A DNA stretch of 64,000 nt from Planctomycetota bacterium (GCA_003669555.1 QWOS01000099.1:7340-71339); one strand, 5' to 3'. Numbered from the stretch's first letter, positions 34,623 through 45,587 are shown. Numbers and translations: made by a program. The notes: a model not told the origin generated them from the letters alone.

Positions 34623-37600
34623 CTAAACCTTCTCCAACTGGATCTCCAGTTTTGCGCCATCCACCTGCACGGAAGCCGCGTGGCCGCCGCCCGCCTTCCA
34701 GTGGGTGGTGAGGGTCTCGGCGGCGATGCCCGCGCGATGCGCCTCGATCGCCTCGGTCACCTTGGGATTATCGCTGGCCAGATACAACTGGATGCGGTCT
34801 TCCATTTGCAAACCTGATTGCTTGCGCAGCTCCTGGACCTGCCGGATGATGTCACGGGCCATACCCTCCAGCGCCAGCTCATGGGTGATCCGGGTGTCGA
34901 GCGCCACCTGGGTAGCGCGGTCAGCCACGCCAGCGAAACCTTCGCGCCCCTTGTGGGAGATCTGCACATCGGCAGCGGTGAGCAGCTCGGGACCGCCGGA
35001 GGTGCTGATCTCCACCGTGCCGCCGGCGAGCAGCTTGCCAGCCACCCCCGTGGGGTCATGCGCTGCCAGAGCCGCCTGAGCTTCCTTCAGACGGGCTCCC
35101 AGGCGCTGACCGCAGGTTTTCAGGTTCAGCCGTACCTCGGCAGTGAGCAAAGGTCCGGCAGCGGCGGGGTGGACCACCACCTTTTTGATATTCAGCTCCT
35201 CGGTGATCTGGTCGGCGAAGCGGAGGGCGGCACGGGCCTCGGCCTCCGTGCCTGGGGCAATGACAATCTCGGCCAGGGGCTGACGGACCTTGATCTTCGA
35301 GTTGTTGCGGGCTGACAGGCCCAGGCTCACCAGCCGCAGCAAGGCCTCCATCTCCTCTGACAAGGCAGGGTCTTCCATGCTCTCATCGGCAAAGGGCCAC
35401 CGAGCCAGGTGGACGCTCGAATCAGCCTCATTGGCGTACAGATTACGGAACATATGGTCGCTGATGAAGGGGATGATCGGCGCCACCAGCCGACACACCA
35501 CGGAAATGGCAGTATGCAGGGTTTGATAGGCGGCAGTTTTGTCCTCGCCAGCACCCGCTTTCCAGAAGCGGCGCCGATTGCGACGCACATACCAGTTGCT
35601 GAGCTTGTCATCGACAAAACGCTCCACCTCCATGCAGAAGGGGGCCAGGTCATACTGGGTGAAGGCATGTTGCGCCTGACGAACCAGCTTTTGCAGGTCG
35701 GAAAGGATCCAGCGATCGAGATCGGTGCGTCGTGACAGGGGCACCTGGGGCCCGGCGGGGTCAAAGCCGTCGAGACGGGCGTAGTTGCACAAAAAGGCGT
35801 AGGTGTTCCACAGCTTCAGCAAGAAGCGGGCCCGCACCTCCTCGGCGATCTGCGGGCCAAAGTTGATATTTTGTGACGGGTTTTGTCTGCAGAACATCCA
35901 GCGCACCAGATCGGCCCCCATCGGGGGATGCTTTTCCAGCTTGCCACTTTTCCCCTTGATCTCATAGCCGTTGTCGGCGGCACCTTCAAAGGGGATGGAG
36001 TTCCCCTTGCTCTTGTGCATCTCGTCGCCGGTCTGGTCGCGCACCAGCGCGTGGCCCAGCAGGGTCTTGAACGGGGCCTTGTCCTCCAGCATGGTGGACA
36101 TGGCCAATAGTGCGTAGAACCAGTTGCGAAACTGGCCCGGGAAGCACTCGGTGATAAGGTCGACCGGGTACCATTTCTCCCACTCGGCGCGGTCCTTGTG
36201 GTAACCCATGGTGGAGAAAGGCACGATACCGGCATCGAGCCAGGGATTACCCACATCGGAGATGCGTGTCATCAGGTTACCGGTGCGAGGATTGCGGATC
36301 TTCACCAGATCAATCCACGGGCGGTGCGGCGTGTGTCCGTCGAAATCAACCCAGCCCTCCACGGCCCGCGCCTTCAGCTCCTCGTGCCCGCCGATCACCT
36401 CGAAGTCGCCGCTTTCCTCGTCCACCCAAATGGGCAGGGCCAGGCCCCAATAGCGCTTCTTCGAGATCATCCAGTCGCCCATGTTCTTCAGCCAGTCAAG
36501 CTCGCGCTGCCTGCCGAACTCGGGGATCCAGCGCACATCGTCGCAGACGCGCATGATCTCCTCCCGCCAGGCCATCGAGATGTACCAGCCGTCTACCAGG
36601 CGGAAGAGCACCTCGGTCTTGCAGCGCCAGCAATGGGGATATTTGTGCGGGTATTTTTCCCAGGCAAACAGCCTGCCATTTTTCTCCAGATGGGCGAAGA
36701 CCGTATCTGGCACCTCCGGATCGAGGGCGCTTTTTCCCGCCAAATCGCCGAAGCCGGGCAAGAAGCAGCCGTATTCATCGAGGGGGGCCACCGGGGGCAG
36801 TCGGTTCTGGCGGCCCAGGGCCAGATCCTCTTTGCCGCAACCGGGAGCGATATGGACGATGCCGGTTCCCTCGGTCTCGCCCACTTCACGCCAGGCCAGC
36901 ACGCGATGCGCCTGATTGGGGGGGACAAGGTCGGTCCAGTCGCGCGAGAGGGCCACCCGGGAAATATCCTCAGGGTAGCCGCCCGGGCTTGATTGGGCCT
37001 CCAGGTTGTCGAATGGCCCTTCGTAGACCCACCCGACCATGTCGGCGCCCTTGATTTCGCCCACGATCTCGAAACCGCCCTTTTCCTTGAACATCTGCTC
37101 CAGGCTCTTCAGCTTGGGAACGCCGTCAATCCACTCCTTGTCCTTGAACTGCTGTTCGAGGCGGGCCGCGGTGAAAGCGCCTTTGGCGAGATAAAAAGTC
37201 TCGCCACGATGCAGTATTTTCAGATAGGTCAACTCCGGATTAACAGCGGCGGCCACATTGCTGGTCAAGGTCCAGGGGGTGGTGGTCCAGGCCAGCAGGC
37301 ACTCGCCGGGACGGTCCCGGAGCGGCAGTTTGAGAAAGACCGAGCGATGCGCCACCATCTGGTATCCCTCGGCCATCTCCATCTGGCTGAGACCCACCGA
37401 GCAGCGCGGGCAGAAAGGCATGCAGTCGTGCGCCCGGTATACCAGGCCGCGGTTGTGGCATTTTTTCAGAAATCCCCAAATGGCGTAATTGTTTGTCTCG
37501 GACATGGTGAAATAGCTGCGCCGCTCATCAGCGGGCTTGGCCCAGTCTTCGGCCTGGTCCCAGTCCATCCAGTAACCCAGGCGGATGCTTTGCCCAGTCT

Positions 37601-38015
37601 GGATGCGGGCGAATTTGTCCACCCGGGCTTTGCACAGCTCGACAAACCTGTCGATGCTGGCAAAGCGGTCGCCTGGTGTCAGTTCTTCGATATCTTTCTT
37701 GCTTTTGAGGCCCAGTTCCTTTTCGACCTCCACCTCCACCCACAGGCCCTGGCAATCGAAACCGTTCTGGTAGCGCAGGTGGCAGCCTTTCATGGCATGG
37801 TGACGCTGGAAGGCGTCTTTATAGGTGCGCCCCCAGGCATGGTGCACGCCCATGGGATTATTGGCGGTGATGGGGCCGTCGAGGAATGACCAGCGTGGCC
37901 CATCCTGGTTACGCTTCACCAGATGCTGGAAGGTTTGTTCTTCGTCCCACCGTCGCAGGATGTCCCGCTCCAGAGCCGGGAAGTCAACCTGCGTCTCCAC
38001 CTTGTCAAAAGACAT
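34623..38015 (-). CDS. ileS: Isoleucine--tRNA ligase (type 2, long form)
   Basis: PITANNPMGVHHAWGRTYKD is the HIGH-region equivalent and MHKSKGN is KMSKS-like. Editing domain and long C-terminal extension, 1130 aa. Confidence 0.93.
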   Translation of the reverse strand: MSFDKVETQVDFPALERDILRRWDEEQTFQHLVKRNQDGPRWSFLDGPITANNPMGVHHAWGRTYKDAFQRHHAMKGCHLRYQNGFDCQGLWVEVEVEKELGLKSKKDIEELTPGDRFASIDRFVELCKARVDKFARIQTGQSIRLGYWMDWDQAEDWAKPADERRSYFTMSETNNYAIWGFLKKCHNRGLVYRAHDCMPFCPRCSVGLSQMEMAEGYQMVAHRSVFLKLPLRDRPGECLLAWTTTPWTLTSNVAAAVNPELTYLKILHRGETFYLAKGAFTAARLEQQFKDKEWIDGVPKLKSLEQMFKEKGGFEIVGEIKGADMVGWVYEGPFDNLEAQSSPGGYPEDISRVALSRDWTDLVPPNQAHRVLAWREVGETEGTGIVHIAPGCGKEDLALGRQNRLPPVAPLDEYGCFLPGFGDLAGKSALDPEVPDTVFAHLEKNGRLFAWEKYPHKYPHCWRCKTEVLFRLVDGWYISMAWREEIMRVCDDVRWIPEFGRQRELDWLKNMGDWMISKKRYWGLALPIWVDEESGDFEVIGGHEELKARAVEGWVDFDGHTPHRPWIDLVKIRNPRTGNLMTRISDVGNPWLDAGIVPFSTMGYHKDRAEWEKWYPVDLITECFPGQFRNWFYALLAMSTMLEDKAPFKTLLGHALVRDQTGDEMHKSKGNSIPFEGAADNGYEIKGKSGKLEKHPPMGADLVRWMFCRQNPSQNINFGPQIAEEVRARFLLKLWNTYAFLCNYARLDGFDPAGPQVPLSRRTDLDRWILSDLQKLVRQAQHAFTQYDLAPFCMEVERFVDDKLSNWYVRRNRRRFWKAGAGEDKTAAYQTLHTAISVVCRLVAPIIPFISDHMFRNLYANEADSSVHLARWPFADESMEDPALSEEMEALLRLVSLGLSARNNSKIKVRQPLAEIVIAPGTEAEARAALRFADQITEELNIKKVVVHPAAAGPLLTAEVRLNLKTCGQRLGARLKEAQAALAAHDPTGVAGKLLAGGTVEISTSGGPELLTAADVQISHKGREGFAGVADRATQVALDTRITHELALEGMARDIIRQVQELRKQSGLQMEDRIQLYLASDNPKVTEAIEAHRAGIAAETLTTHWKAGGGHAASVQVDGAKLEIQLEKV

Positions 38016-38155
38016 GATTTTTCTGGCTCCAACCCGTCAATTGGTCTGTCTCAGGCAAAAAGGCAGTATAGATGATCCGGACCGGACCGGAAAACCACAG
38101 AGTGTGCTTGGGAACGGAGATTGGGCCTGAGCGGCCTCATGAAGCGGACACTGGG

Positions 38156-39013
38156 CTATTTCATGCTGACTTTCTGGAATCGCGCGGGGTTGATTACCGG
38201 ATTGTTCTTCACTTCGAGATACCAGTATTCGGCAATCAGCACGCCTTTGCCATCCACCACCCGGCTGCCCAGTTGCTGCCCGGTTTCGGGGTCAAGCCAC
38301 AGGGTCATGCCTTCCACGCCATCCTCTTCGGGTTGGTCGTAGTGCTCGCGAGTCAGCACCAGGCACTGCTTCCCCTCCAGCTCGGGGGTGGCCTGCAAAC
38401 CCAGCCAACGGGTTTCCAGCTTGTCCCGGAATTTGGCATCGATCCATGTCTGCAGATTACGGCCCAGCGAGTCGGTCATGCCAAAACGGGTGATGGAGTA
38501 ACGATGGCCGTCCATCACTTGTGAAGAATCGGGCTTTCGCAGGGCCAACCCACCCAGTGACAGGATGCCCCTGGGCAGGATCACCATATTGCCATCGTTT
38601 TCGCCTTCCACATACAACACATCGCGGGCGCCGGAGTTACCTGTCACCAGATGCATACGCACGGAAAAAGGCTTCTCGCGGAACTCGACCCGCATGGTCT
38701 GCTCCTGAACCGCCTTTTTGCTTCGTTCGCGCTTCTGGAATCGGCAGGTGTAGCCGCCAATGGTTGCCTGACGGGCCAGACATTCCTGCAGGAAGGCAAT
38801 GGGATCAGTGCGGAACCGTTCGGCTTGCCTGGAATCATCGGGGATGAATGGTGTCGTACCCGCCGGGCTCGTGGCAGAAGAAGACCTTGTTTTGGACTCC
38901 GTCAGATCTGCAGGCCCAGGCAAGCCGCTACCACACCCTGAGAGCGCCAAGAGCGGCAAAACCAGAGAAAAAGAAAGGGAACACAGCTTCCTGCCAGATT
39001 CACCCACAATCAC
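38156..39013 (-). CDS. Lipoprotein, DUF1571-like (LolA-like fold suspected)
   Basis: Lipobox LLALSGC. GGYTCRFQKRERSKKAVQEQTMRVEFREKPFSVRMHLVTGNSGARDVLYVEGENDGNMVI resembles the DUF1571 core as I recall it. Confidence 0.55.
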   Translation of the reverse strand: MIVGESGRKLCSLSFSLVLPLLALSGCGSGLPGPADLTESKTRSSSATSPAGTTPFIPDDSRQAERFRTDPIAFLQECLARQATIGGYTCRFQKRERSKKAVQEQTMRVEFREKPFSVRMHLVTGNSGARDVLYVEGENDGNMVILPRGILSLGGLALRKPDSSQVMDGHRYSITRFGMTDSLGRNLQTWIDAKFRDKLETRWLGLQATPELEGKQCLVLTREHYDQPEEDGVEGMTLWLDPETGQQLGSRVVDGKGVLIAEYWYLEVKNNPVINPARFQKVSMK

Positions 39014-39027
39014 CTAACCTCGCAATT

Positions 39028-40290
39028 TCACGGTCCGGACACGCCCCGGGCAGGTGCGGCATCAGCTGTCTGTGGCACCTTGGCCGGTGCCGCAACATCT
39101 TCCAGCTCCACACGCACCCGTTGCCCCATGCGCAGAGGGTTATCCGGGTTGGAAGTGGACTTGGGATCGACCTCGATCAGGCACTCCAAAGTCCGGATAT
39201 CATTATATTGCAAAGGCTCCATCACCATCGATCGCCGGGGGCTGTACCAGTTGGAAACACTCAGCACCTTGCCTGTGGCCAACGGTGCATCGCGACGGCT
39301 CTTCGCATCATCGTACACTTTCGCGGCCTGCCCCACGCGCACCTTGCTGGCGAACTCCTGCTCAACCTCCGCCCTGACAATCTGCTTGCCTGTCGGGAGG
39401 AACTGGATAGCGGGCTGGCGAGGATTTGGCCCCAGGCTCTCACCGACCTGCACATTCAGGCGCAGCACCGAACCATCCGAGGGTGCGCGCACTTGCATCT
39501 CATCGAGGGCAACCTGGGCCTTGTTGAGCTGGGCGAGGCGAGCCTTGTGCTCACCCTCCGCCTGCTGCACAGTAAAATTCGGATTGATTTTCTGGATGGC
39601 TTCCAGCTCGATCTGCCGGGCCTCAAACTCAGCGAAGGCTGCGGCAGCCTGCATTTTTGCGGCGAACTCCTGATCTTTGGTGGGCGAAATGGAAGAAGTG
39701 CGCAAATTGTCGAACATGCTGCGGGCGGCGTCGGAGAGGGACTTCTTGCCATTCACCACCTTTTGCTGCCCGGCGATCTTCTCTTTGTGCTGGGATTCCA
39801 GTTGCTTGGCATTCTCCCACTGGGCCTTGCTGGCAGCCACACCCGCCTGGGCCTCTTCCACCTGGGCACGGGCGATACGGTCATCGAGGGTGAAAAGAAT
39901 CTGGTCCTTGGCAACCTTCTGCCCCTCTTCCACCAGCACCATCTTCACCCGGCCAGCCTGCAAGGGGTAGAGCGGGGCCATGCCATGTTCCGCGTCGACA
40001 TGGGCAATGCAAAATGTGCGGTTCATGGGCAGCAAGCCGGGATCAGGACCCCCTTTGCGGTCACCCGACAATTGCTTGCCAATGGTGGCCACCACTTTCC
40101 TGAACTCTGCGGGCTTGATGAGGTACGCCAGGCCCAACATGCAGCCAACCAGAACCAGAACCAGCAACAACCCCAGCCAGGGGCCGGGGTTACGCTGCAC
40201 ACGCCTCACCGGTTTTTTCACCGTTTGCAGTTGTGGACTGGCAGAGGTTACCTGGCTGGCCAGGGTAGCGGTGGTGGATGTGACGCTCAT
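39028..40290 (-). CDS. HlyD/DevB-type periplasmic adaptor (membrane fusion protein)
   Basis: N-terminal TM, lipoyl-like hairpin (LQAGRVKMVLVEEGQKVAKDQILFTLD ... VRAPSDGSVLRLNVQVGE) and a long coiled coil. The start overlaps the ATPase stop (ATGA). Confidence 0.85.
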   Translation of the reverse strand: MSVTSTTATLASQVTSASPQLQTVKKPVRRVQRNPGPWLGLLLVLVLVGCMLGLAYLIKPAEFRKVVATIGKQLSGDRKGGPDPGLLPMNRTFCIAHVDAEHGMAPLYPLQAGRVKMVLVEEGQKVAKDQILFTLDDRIARAQVEEAQAGVAASKAQWENAKQLESQHKEKIAGQQKVVNGKKSLSDAARSMFDNLRTSSISPTKDQEFAAKMQAAAAFAEFEARQIELEAIQKINPNFTVQQAEGEHKARLAQLNKAQVALDEMQVRAPSDGSVLRLNVQVGESLGPNPRQPAIQFLPTGKQIVRAEVEQEFASKVRVGQAAKVYDDAKSRRDAPLATGKVLSVSNWYSPRRSMVMEPLQYNDIRTLECLIEVDPKSTSNPDNPLRMGQRVRVELEDVAAPAKVPQTADAAPARGVSGP

Positions 40291-41120
40291 GATGTGGCCC
40301 TGTAGCGAAGAGTCGGCTTGGTGGGCATGATCGGCTGGATCTCGCCGGGTTCATGGAGGGGGCTGGCGAGGTTGTCGCATGCCCCGTGGAATCCGTAACT
40401 CTGACGCTTCAACCGACCATCTTCCAGGTCGATCATCCGATCAGCGAAAGGGACGAGACGATGATCGTGGGTGACGCATACCACAGTGGTGCCATAGTCT
40501 TTGCTGAGGGAGCGCAGCAGTTTGACCACCTCTTCACCATGAGACCAGTCCAGGGCGCTGGTGGGTTCATCGGCAAAAAGCAGATCGGGCGCTTTGATCA
40601 GGGCGCGGCCAATGGCCACCCGCTGTTTTTCACCACCTGAAAGCTGGGCGGGACGCAAATGAGCCCGGTCCAGCATGCGGAGGTTTTGCAGCATGGAGTC
40701 AGCCAGGTCGCGGGCCTCGGCGGCAGTGGCCCCCTGGCCCCAGCGGGCCACAATCTCCAGTTGTTGACGGGCTGTCAGGGCAGGAAAAAGGTTGTAACCC
40801 TGAAAAATGAAGCCGCAATGATCGAGGCGAAACTGTTCCCGCTCCTTGTCATTGAGCGACCAGATATCTTCGCCCATGCAAACAACACGCCCCTCGTCGG
40901 GAGTGAGCAGGCCAGAGAGGATGGCTAGCAGAGTACTTTTGCCTGAGCCAGACGGGCCCATCATCAATACGAACTGACCCCGGTGCACCTCCAGCGACAC
41001 CTGATCAACCGCCCGGGTGACCGTGGCACCATCGCCGAATGCCCGAGACAAATCCAATCCTTGCAGGATAGGGTCTGATCCCCAGTTGGATTCTGAATAT
41101 TTCGGACCTTCCTGGATCAA
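40287..41120 (-). CDS. ABC transporter ATP-binding protein (MacB/DevA/LolD-like)
   Basis: [38 protein letters not shown]. Confidence 0.92.
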   Translation of the reverse strand: MIQEGPKYSESNWGSDPILQGLDLSRAFGDGATVTRAVDQVSLEVHRGQFVLMMGPSGSGKSTLLAILSGLLTPDEGRVVCMGEDIWSLNDKEREQFRLDHCGFIFQGYNLFPALTARQQLEIVARWGQGATAAEARDLADSMLQNLRMLDRAHLRPAQLSGGEKQRVAIGRALIKAPDLLFADEPTSALDWSHGEEVVKLLRSLSKDYGTTVVCVTHDHRLVPFADRMIDLEDGRLKRQSYGFHGACDNLASPLHEPGEIQPIMPTKPTLRYRATS

Positions 41121-41182
41121 GCGGGAACCCCTCCCTCAACTTCATCACACTCGCAACACCATGACCCATGCGACAAACAGAT

Positions 41183-42400
41183 TTACCGCAACAGCAGCGC
41201 CGGCTCAACCCCGCGTAACGAACGCAAAGCAAACAGCCCTGCCCCCACAGCCATCAATAGGGTGACCACCGCTACAGTGACCAGCAGCCAGGTCTCAAGA
41301 CGCATCTGCACACCCCATATGGCGGCTACTTCCGACAAACCATAAATGGCCGGGATGGCTATCAGGATACCAATCACACCAACCCAGCCAGCGAGTGTCA
41401 TTACATGCAAGCTAGTACGCCACCGAGGTATACCCATCGCTTTGAGGACCGCATATTCCCGAATCGAGGAAGCCGTGGCAGAATAGAGCGTCTGGCTGGT
41501 GACTACAGCTCCCACCATCAGTCCCAACACCGCCGCATAACCCAACGCAAAACCACCTTTGGTTTTTGTCAGCCAATGCATGCGGGTTCTTCGGGAGAAC
41601 TCGGCACTCGTGAAGATGGAAAGCTCGTCCAGATCTTCATTCACCATCATTTCAACAGCTCCGGACGAGAGCAGGCTCGAACCGGTGGAGGCATTCGTGG
41701 AAGGTTTTGGAGTGGCAGGGTATTCCTTGCGCAGACGGGCCACCACATCATCAGGCTCCACCCCCTTGCGCACCTTGCCTAGAGCGTAAGTAATCTGGTT
41801 GGGGTAGCAGCGGAGCAATGGACGGGCGGTGGTCACCGAACAAAAGATGAAAGGTGCAGCTAAACCCCTGGCACCCGTGACAAATCCAACCACCCTGACT
41901 TTCGCGCCTACCACCTCGGCAATATCGCCCTCATTTTGCACGCCCAGCTTTTCTTTGTCTGACTCGTCGATCACTACTGTCCCGGGTTCGGTCAGGCGTT
42001 CCACCAATTCGGGACGCTTGTCCAGCGCCGTATTGCGTCCCATCGCATCGGGTTCCAGACGGCTGCCAACCACCATGCACAACTCCTGGCCACCGTCTTT
42101 ACGGGCCCAGTAAGAGAATCCCTGCAGAAATACTTCCACGCGCTCAATGTCAGGATGACGAGCCAAACGGGCCAAAGCCTGACTTTCACGAATGGGTCTG
42201 CCCAGGTCGACCCCCATCACCCTGGGCGCACCCAACCAGATATCAGCCCGACTGTTATCCACCGGCATGGAGGTGATGGCGAACAAACCCAGCAACAGCC
42301 CAAACTGCACGCACCCAAGCAAGGCGCAAAAAGACACCGCCAGGATTGCGGTGAGGTAGCGTTGCCGCTCGTGCCAGAGGGTGGTGAGTGCGTACGACAT
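41183..42400 (-). CDS. FtsX-like ABC permease (DevC-like)
   Basis: 405 aa: N-terminal TM, a large periplasmic domain, then a C-terminal 3-TM FtsX module (AVLKAMGIPRWRTSLHVMTLAGWVGVIGILIAIP). Confidence 0.85.
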   Translation of the reverse strand: MSYALTTLWHERQRYLTAILAVSFCALLGCVQFGLLLGLFAITSMPVDNSRADIWLGAPRVMGVDLGRPIRESQALARLARHPDIERVEVFLQGFSYWARKDGGQELCMVVGSRLEPDAMGRNTALDKRPELVERLTEPGTVVIDESDKEKLGVQNEGDIAEVVGAKVRVVGFVTGARGLAAPFIFCSVTTARPLLRCYPNQITYALGKVRKGVEPDDVVARLRKEYPATPKPSTNASTGSSLLSSGAVEMMVNEDLDELSIFTSAEFSRRTRMHWLTKTKGGFALGYAAVLGLMVGAVVTSQTLYSATASSIREYAVLKAMGIPRWRTSLHVMTLAGWVGVIGILIAIPAIYGLSEVAAIWGVQMRLETWLLVTVAVVTLLMAVGAGLFALRSLRGVEPALLLR

Positions 42401-42522
42401 GAATAAATACTATAGCACAGAATCACCCGCTTGCCCGCAACCGCAACGAGTTCAGAACTCGCAAAAAATTGCAGAAAAGGTAATTTAGACGCAGGTTGCG
42501 CCCATTTAGAAGGATGGGAAGA

Positions 42523-44502
42523 CTAGGCAACCACAGGCGCTTTCCATCCTGGCAGATCGCATAGGGACGAATCGATATAGGTATGGTGCCACAACTGCGT
42601 GGAAACCACACCCACCAACCCCATTTCCACCGAAAGCCGGGCCGGATTCAAGCGGCTCAGGTTTTTGTAGTGCTCCCGCCAATGCTGCACCTTCGAGGGT
42701 TCGAAGTAGCCAGTTTTCCGGAGCGACTCATCTGATAGCAATTGTTCTACAAACCGCGGGGCATTCTCCAGATACAGTGAATCAAAAGGTGCCCGGAACA
42801 TCGCCTTCTGGCGCCAGGCAATATCCTTTGGCAACCAGCGCTCCGCCATCACTCGCAGCAGGTACTTTTCAGTGGTCCGGCGCAGCTTGTACCTGGGATG
42901 AATGCTGGCGATAAACTTGAAAACCTGTTCGTCGAGGAACGGGTAGCGCGCCTCCACCGAGTTGTGCATGGCGATACGGTCACCCTTGGCATTCAGCAGC
43001 AGGCCCACCAAATGGGCACGGCCCGAGAGGTACAACTCCCGATTCAACGGATGGTAGGTGCGCAGCTTTTCGGTGGGCAACTCCAGATCCTGATAGGGGT
43101 TATGGCTCACAGCCAGTTCCAGCATGTCGGGTGAGAACAGGCGTAGCTTCGACATACTGACGATGCCATACATGTCTAGCCAGCCATTGTGCCCGCCCAC
43201 GCTGTCGCGGATGCTCCGCCTTTGACTGACCGGATAGCGGGGGCCACGCCCCAGGAACATGACGAGATCCCGCAGCTTGTGCGACATGGGCATGCCGGGG
43301 ATCAGATCCATGAAACGCGTCATCTTGTGGATCTTGTGCCAGGGGTAACCCGCCAGCCATTCATCCGATCCCTCACCGGTGAGCACCACTTTGTAACCAC
43401 GGTCATGCACAGCCCGCGACAGCATCAGCAAGGCGGCGCAGGAGGTGTCGATCACGGGGCTTTCAGCAGCCGTGATTAGCTCCGGGTAGGCTTTCAATGC
43501 CTCCTGGGGGCCAAAATCCACCACATACGGGTCACAGCCCACATGACGGGCGGTTTCCATGGCCCGACTGGTTTCATCCAGGGCCGGGTCGGTGATGCGG
43601 ATGGTGAAGGAAGGAATGGGGCGCCCCAGCGCCTTGCTGGCCATGGCTACCACGATGCCTGAATCAACCCCGCCGCTCAGATAGCTCACCACGGGCACAT
43701 CGGCCCGCAGCCGCCGCTGCACCGCGTCGTAGAGCACCTTCTCGAATTCGTCCGCCAAAGCTGGCACACTGCCTATGCGCTCCTGCCCATGTGCGGGGTA
43801 CTCCAGATCGAAGTACGAGCGGCGGTCCACCACCGCTGGCCGCCCATCCGGCAGACGGATATCGAGGACCTGGCCCGGCCTCAGGGCATGAATGTTTTCA
43901 AAGCATGACAAGGGCCCGGGCATGCTGAAGAAAGTGAAGAAGCTACTAATGCCGCGTCGATCAGGCCGGGGGGTGATCATACCCGAGGCCAGAATGGCTT
44001 TGATTTCACTGCCAAACAGCAGCCATTCACCCTCGCCATGACGGACCCTTGCCCAATATAGCGGGCAGATGCCAAACGGATCACGAGCCAGCAGCACCCG
44101 CTGGTTCCGGGAATCATGCACAGCAAAAGCAAACTGCCCATGCAGCCGGTCCACCAGGCGGTCCTGGTGGTCCTCCCACAGGTGGGGGATCAATTCGGTA
44201 TCGCAGTGGGTGCGGAAGCTGTGCCCGCGGCCCATCAGTTCAGCCTTGAGTTCCGGGTAGTCATAAAATTCGCCATTGAAGACGCAGTTGACGGTGCCAT
44301 CTTCATTGGCCAGGGGCTGTTTGCCATCCGCCAATCCGACGATGCTCAGGCGGCGGTTGGCGAAGCCGATTCCCGGGGCAAAAAAGAAGCCATCGTCATC
44401 AGGCCCCCGATGGACAATGGCCTGCGCCATCGCCCGCACCCTGGCCTGGTCAACTGGCCGACGCAGGCCCGAAATATCCACCATTCCCGCAATGCCGCAC
44501 AT
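42523..44502 (-). CDS. asnB: Asparagine synthase (glutamine-hydrolysing) family amidotransferase
   Basis: MCGIAG is an Ntn glutaminase N-terminus with Cys2. SYLSGGVDSG is the PP-loop. Confidence 0.88.
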   Translation of the reverse strand: MCGIAGMVDISGLRRPVDQARVRAMAQAIVHRGPDDDGFFFAPGIGFANRRLSIVGLADGKQPLANEDGTVNCVFNGEFYDYPELKAELMGRGHSFRTHCDTELIPHLWEDHQDRLVDRLHGQFAFAVHDSRNQRVLLARDPFGICPLYWARVRHGEGEWLLFGSEIKAILASGMITPRPDRRGISSFFTFFSMPGPLSCFENIHALRPGQVLDIRLPDGRPAVVDRRSYFDLEYPAHGQERIGSVPALADEFEKVLYDAVQRRLRADVPVVSYLSGGVDSGIVVAMASKALGRPIPSFTIRITDPALDETSRAMETARHVGCDPYVVDFGPQEALKAYPELITAAESPVIDTSCAALLMLSRAVHDRGYKVVLTGEGSDEWLAGYPWHKIHKMTRFMDLIPGMPMSHKLRDLVMFLGRGPRYPVSQRRSIRDSVGGHNGWLDMYGIVSMSKLRLFSPDMLELAVSHNPYQDLELPTEKLRTYHPLNRELYLSGRAHLVGLLLNAKGDRIAMHNSVEARYPFLDEQVFKFIASIHPRYKLRRTTEKYLLRVMAERWLPKDIAWRQKAMFRAPFDSLYLENAPRFVEQLLSDESLRKTGYFEPSKVQHWREHYKNLSRLNPARLSVEMGLVGVVSTQLWHHTYIDSSLCDLPGWKAPVVA

Positions 44503-44543
44503 GGCTAGGCTCCCTGGCTGTCTCTTGTGTCCCGGCCCAATGA

Positions 44544-45350
44544 TCAGGCGGCAGGCTGGTACAGTTCCCGCACCCTGGCGGCCAGCTTGCGACGGATCAA
44601 CCCCGGCCAGAACCGCTGGAGCATTAGCATCCAGTAGCTATCGCCACCAATCCAGCTTTCACGCCGGTTATGAATCAGGGAGCTTAGCAGAGCCTTGGCT
44701 ACCCGCTCGGGAGCCATACCTTCCTCAAAGTTCAGCTTGGCCTTGCCTGTGGCCAGGCGACAATTCTTGAGGAAGTCTGTGGCCGTCTTGCCTGGCAAAG
44801 CCAGCAGCACATCGATACCAAATCGGGCATACTCGGCACGCAGGCTTTCAGTCAGCCCTACCAGGGCCGATTTGCTGGCGGAGTACTCGGTCCATGAGGG
44901 GAGGGCACAACGGCCACAGCGACTGGCAATGTTGAGTATGGCTGGCTGACGGCCCAGCCTGAGCAGCGGAATACCCTCGCGCATCAGTTCCGCTGGGGCG
45001 AAAAAGTTGATATCCATCATTTCACGGAAGCCCTCTTCGGTACCGTCCGCGAAATGGTTCCATGATCCCAGACCCGCATTATTGATGATTCCATCCAGCC
45101 CACCCAGCCTGTCATTCGCGGCGTGCAGGGCAGTCCGCCGCTCCTCGTCGCAAGTCAGATCTGCAACGAGAGGGTAGGCTTCGCCACCCACAGCGTTAAC
45201 AGCTTCAGCCACGCTGGCAATCTTCCCGGGGGATCGGCTTGTGAGGGCCAATCTGGCGCCCGCCCGCCCCAGTTCAACTGCCAAAGCTTCGCCAATGCCT
45301 TGAGAGGCCCCGGTCAGCAAAACCCGCCATCCGCGAAGATCACGCCGCAT
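44544..45350 (-). CDS. SDR-family oxidoreductase
   Basis: VLLTGASQGIGEALA is the TGxxxGxG motif; NNAG and the catalytic YSASK are present. The internal start MRRDLRGW is preferred. Confidence 0.85.
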   Translation of the reverse strand: MRRDLRGWRVLLTGASQGIGEALAVELGRAGARLALTSRSPGKIASVAEAVNAVGGEAYPLVADLTCDEERRTALHAANDRLGGLDGIINNAGLGSWNHFADGTEEGFREMMDINFFAPAELMREGIPLLRLGRQPAILNIASRCGRCALPSWTEYSASKSALVGLTESLRAEYARFGIDVLLALPGKTATDFLKNCRLATGKAKLNFEEGMAPERVAKALLSSLIHNRRESWIGGDSYWMLMLQRFWPGLIRRKLAARVRELYQPAA

Positions 45351-45587
45351 GGAAAACCTCACCCAACGCTTTTGGTACGACAAACCATCCGCCTGAAAAC
45401 CTATCCAGCCTACCCCGCCAACCGACACCTCCCGGATTAAACCGGGGTTTTGCGTTCGAACTACAGCACCCCTGGCCCGGAGTAACCGTCAGGAAAGTCA
45501 GTTTCGGCAGGTCCAGCCAGCTCTTTCCTATTCTCCAGGCCCTAAGATGACATTCAGGATGAGCAGGATGAGGACGATGCGGGAGAA

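Noticed and set aside
42523-44502. AsnB homolog plus ABC exporter as a lasso-peptide cluster
   Set aside because: The enzyme keeps the Ntn Cys2 glutaminase domain, which lasso cyclases generally lack. I see no transglutaminase-like protease gene and no short precursor ORF nearby.
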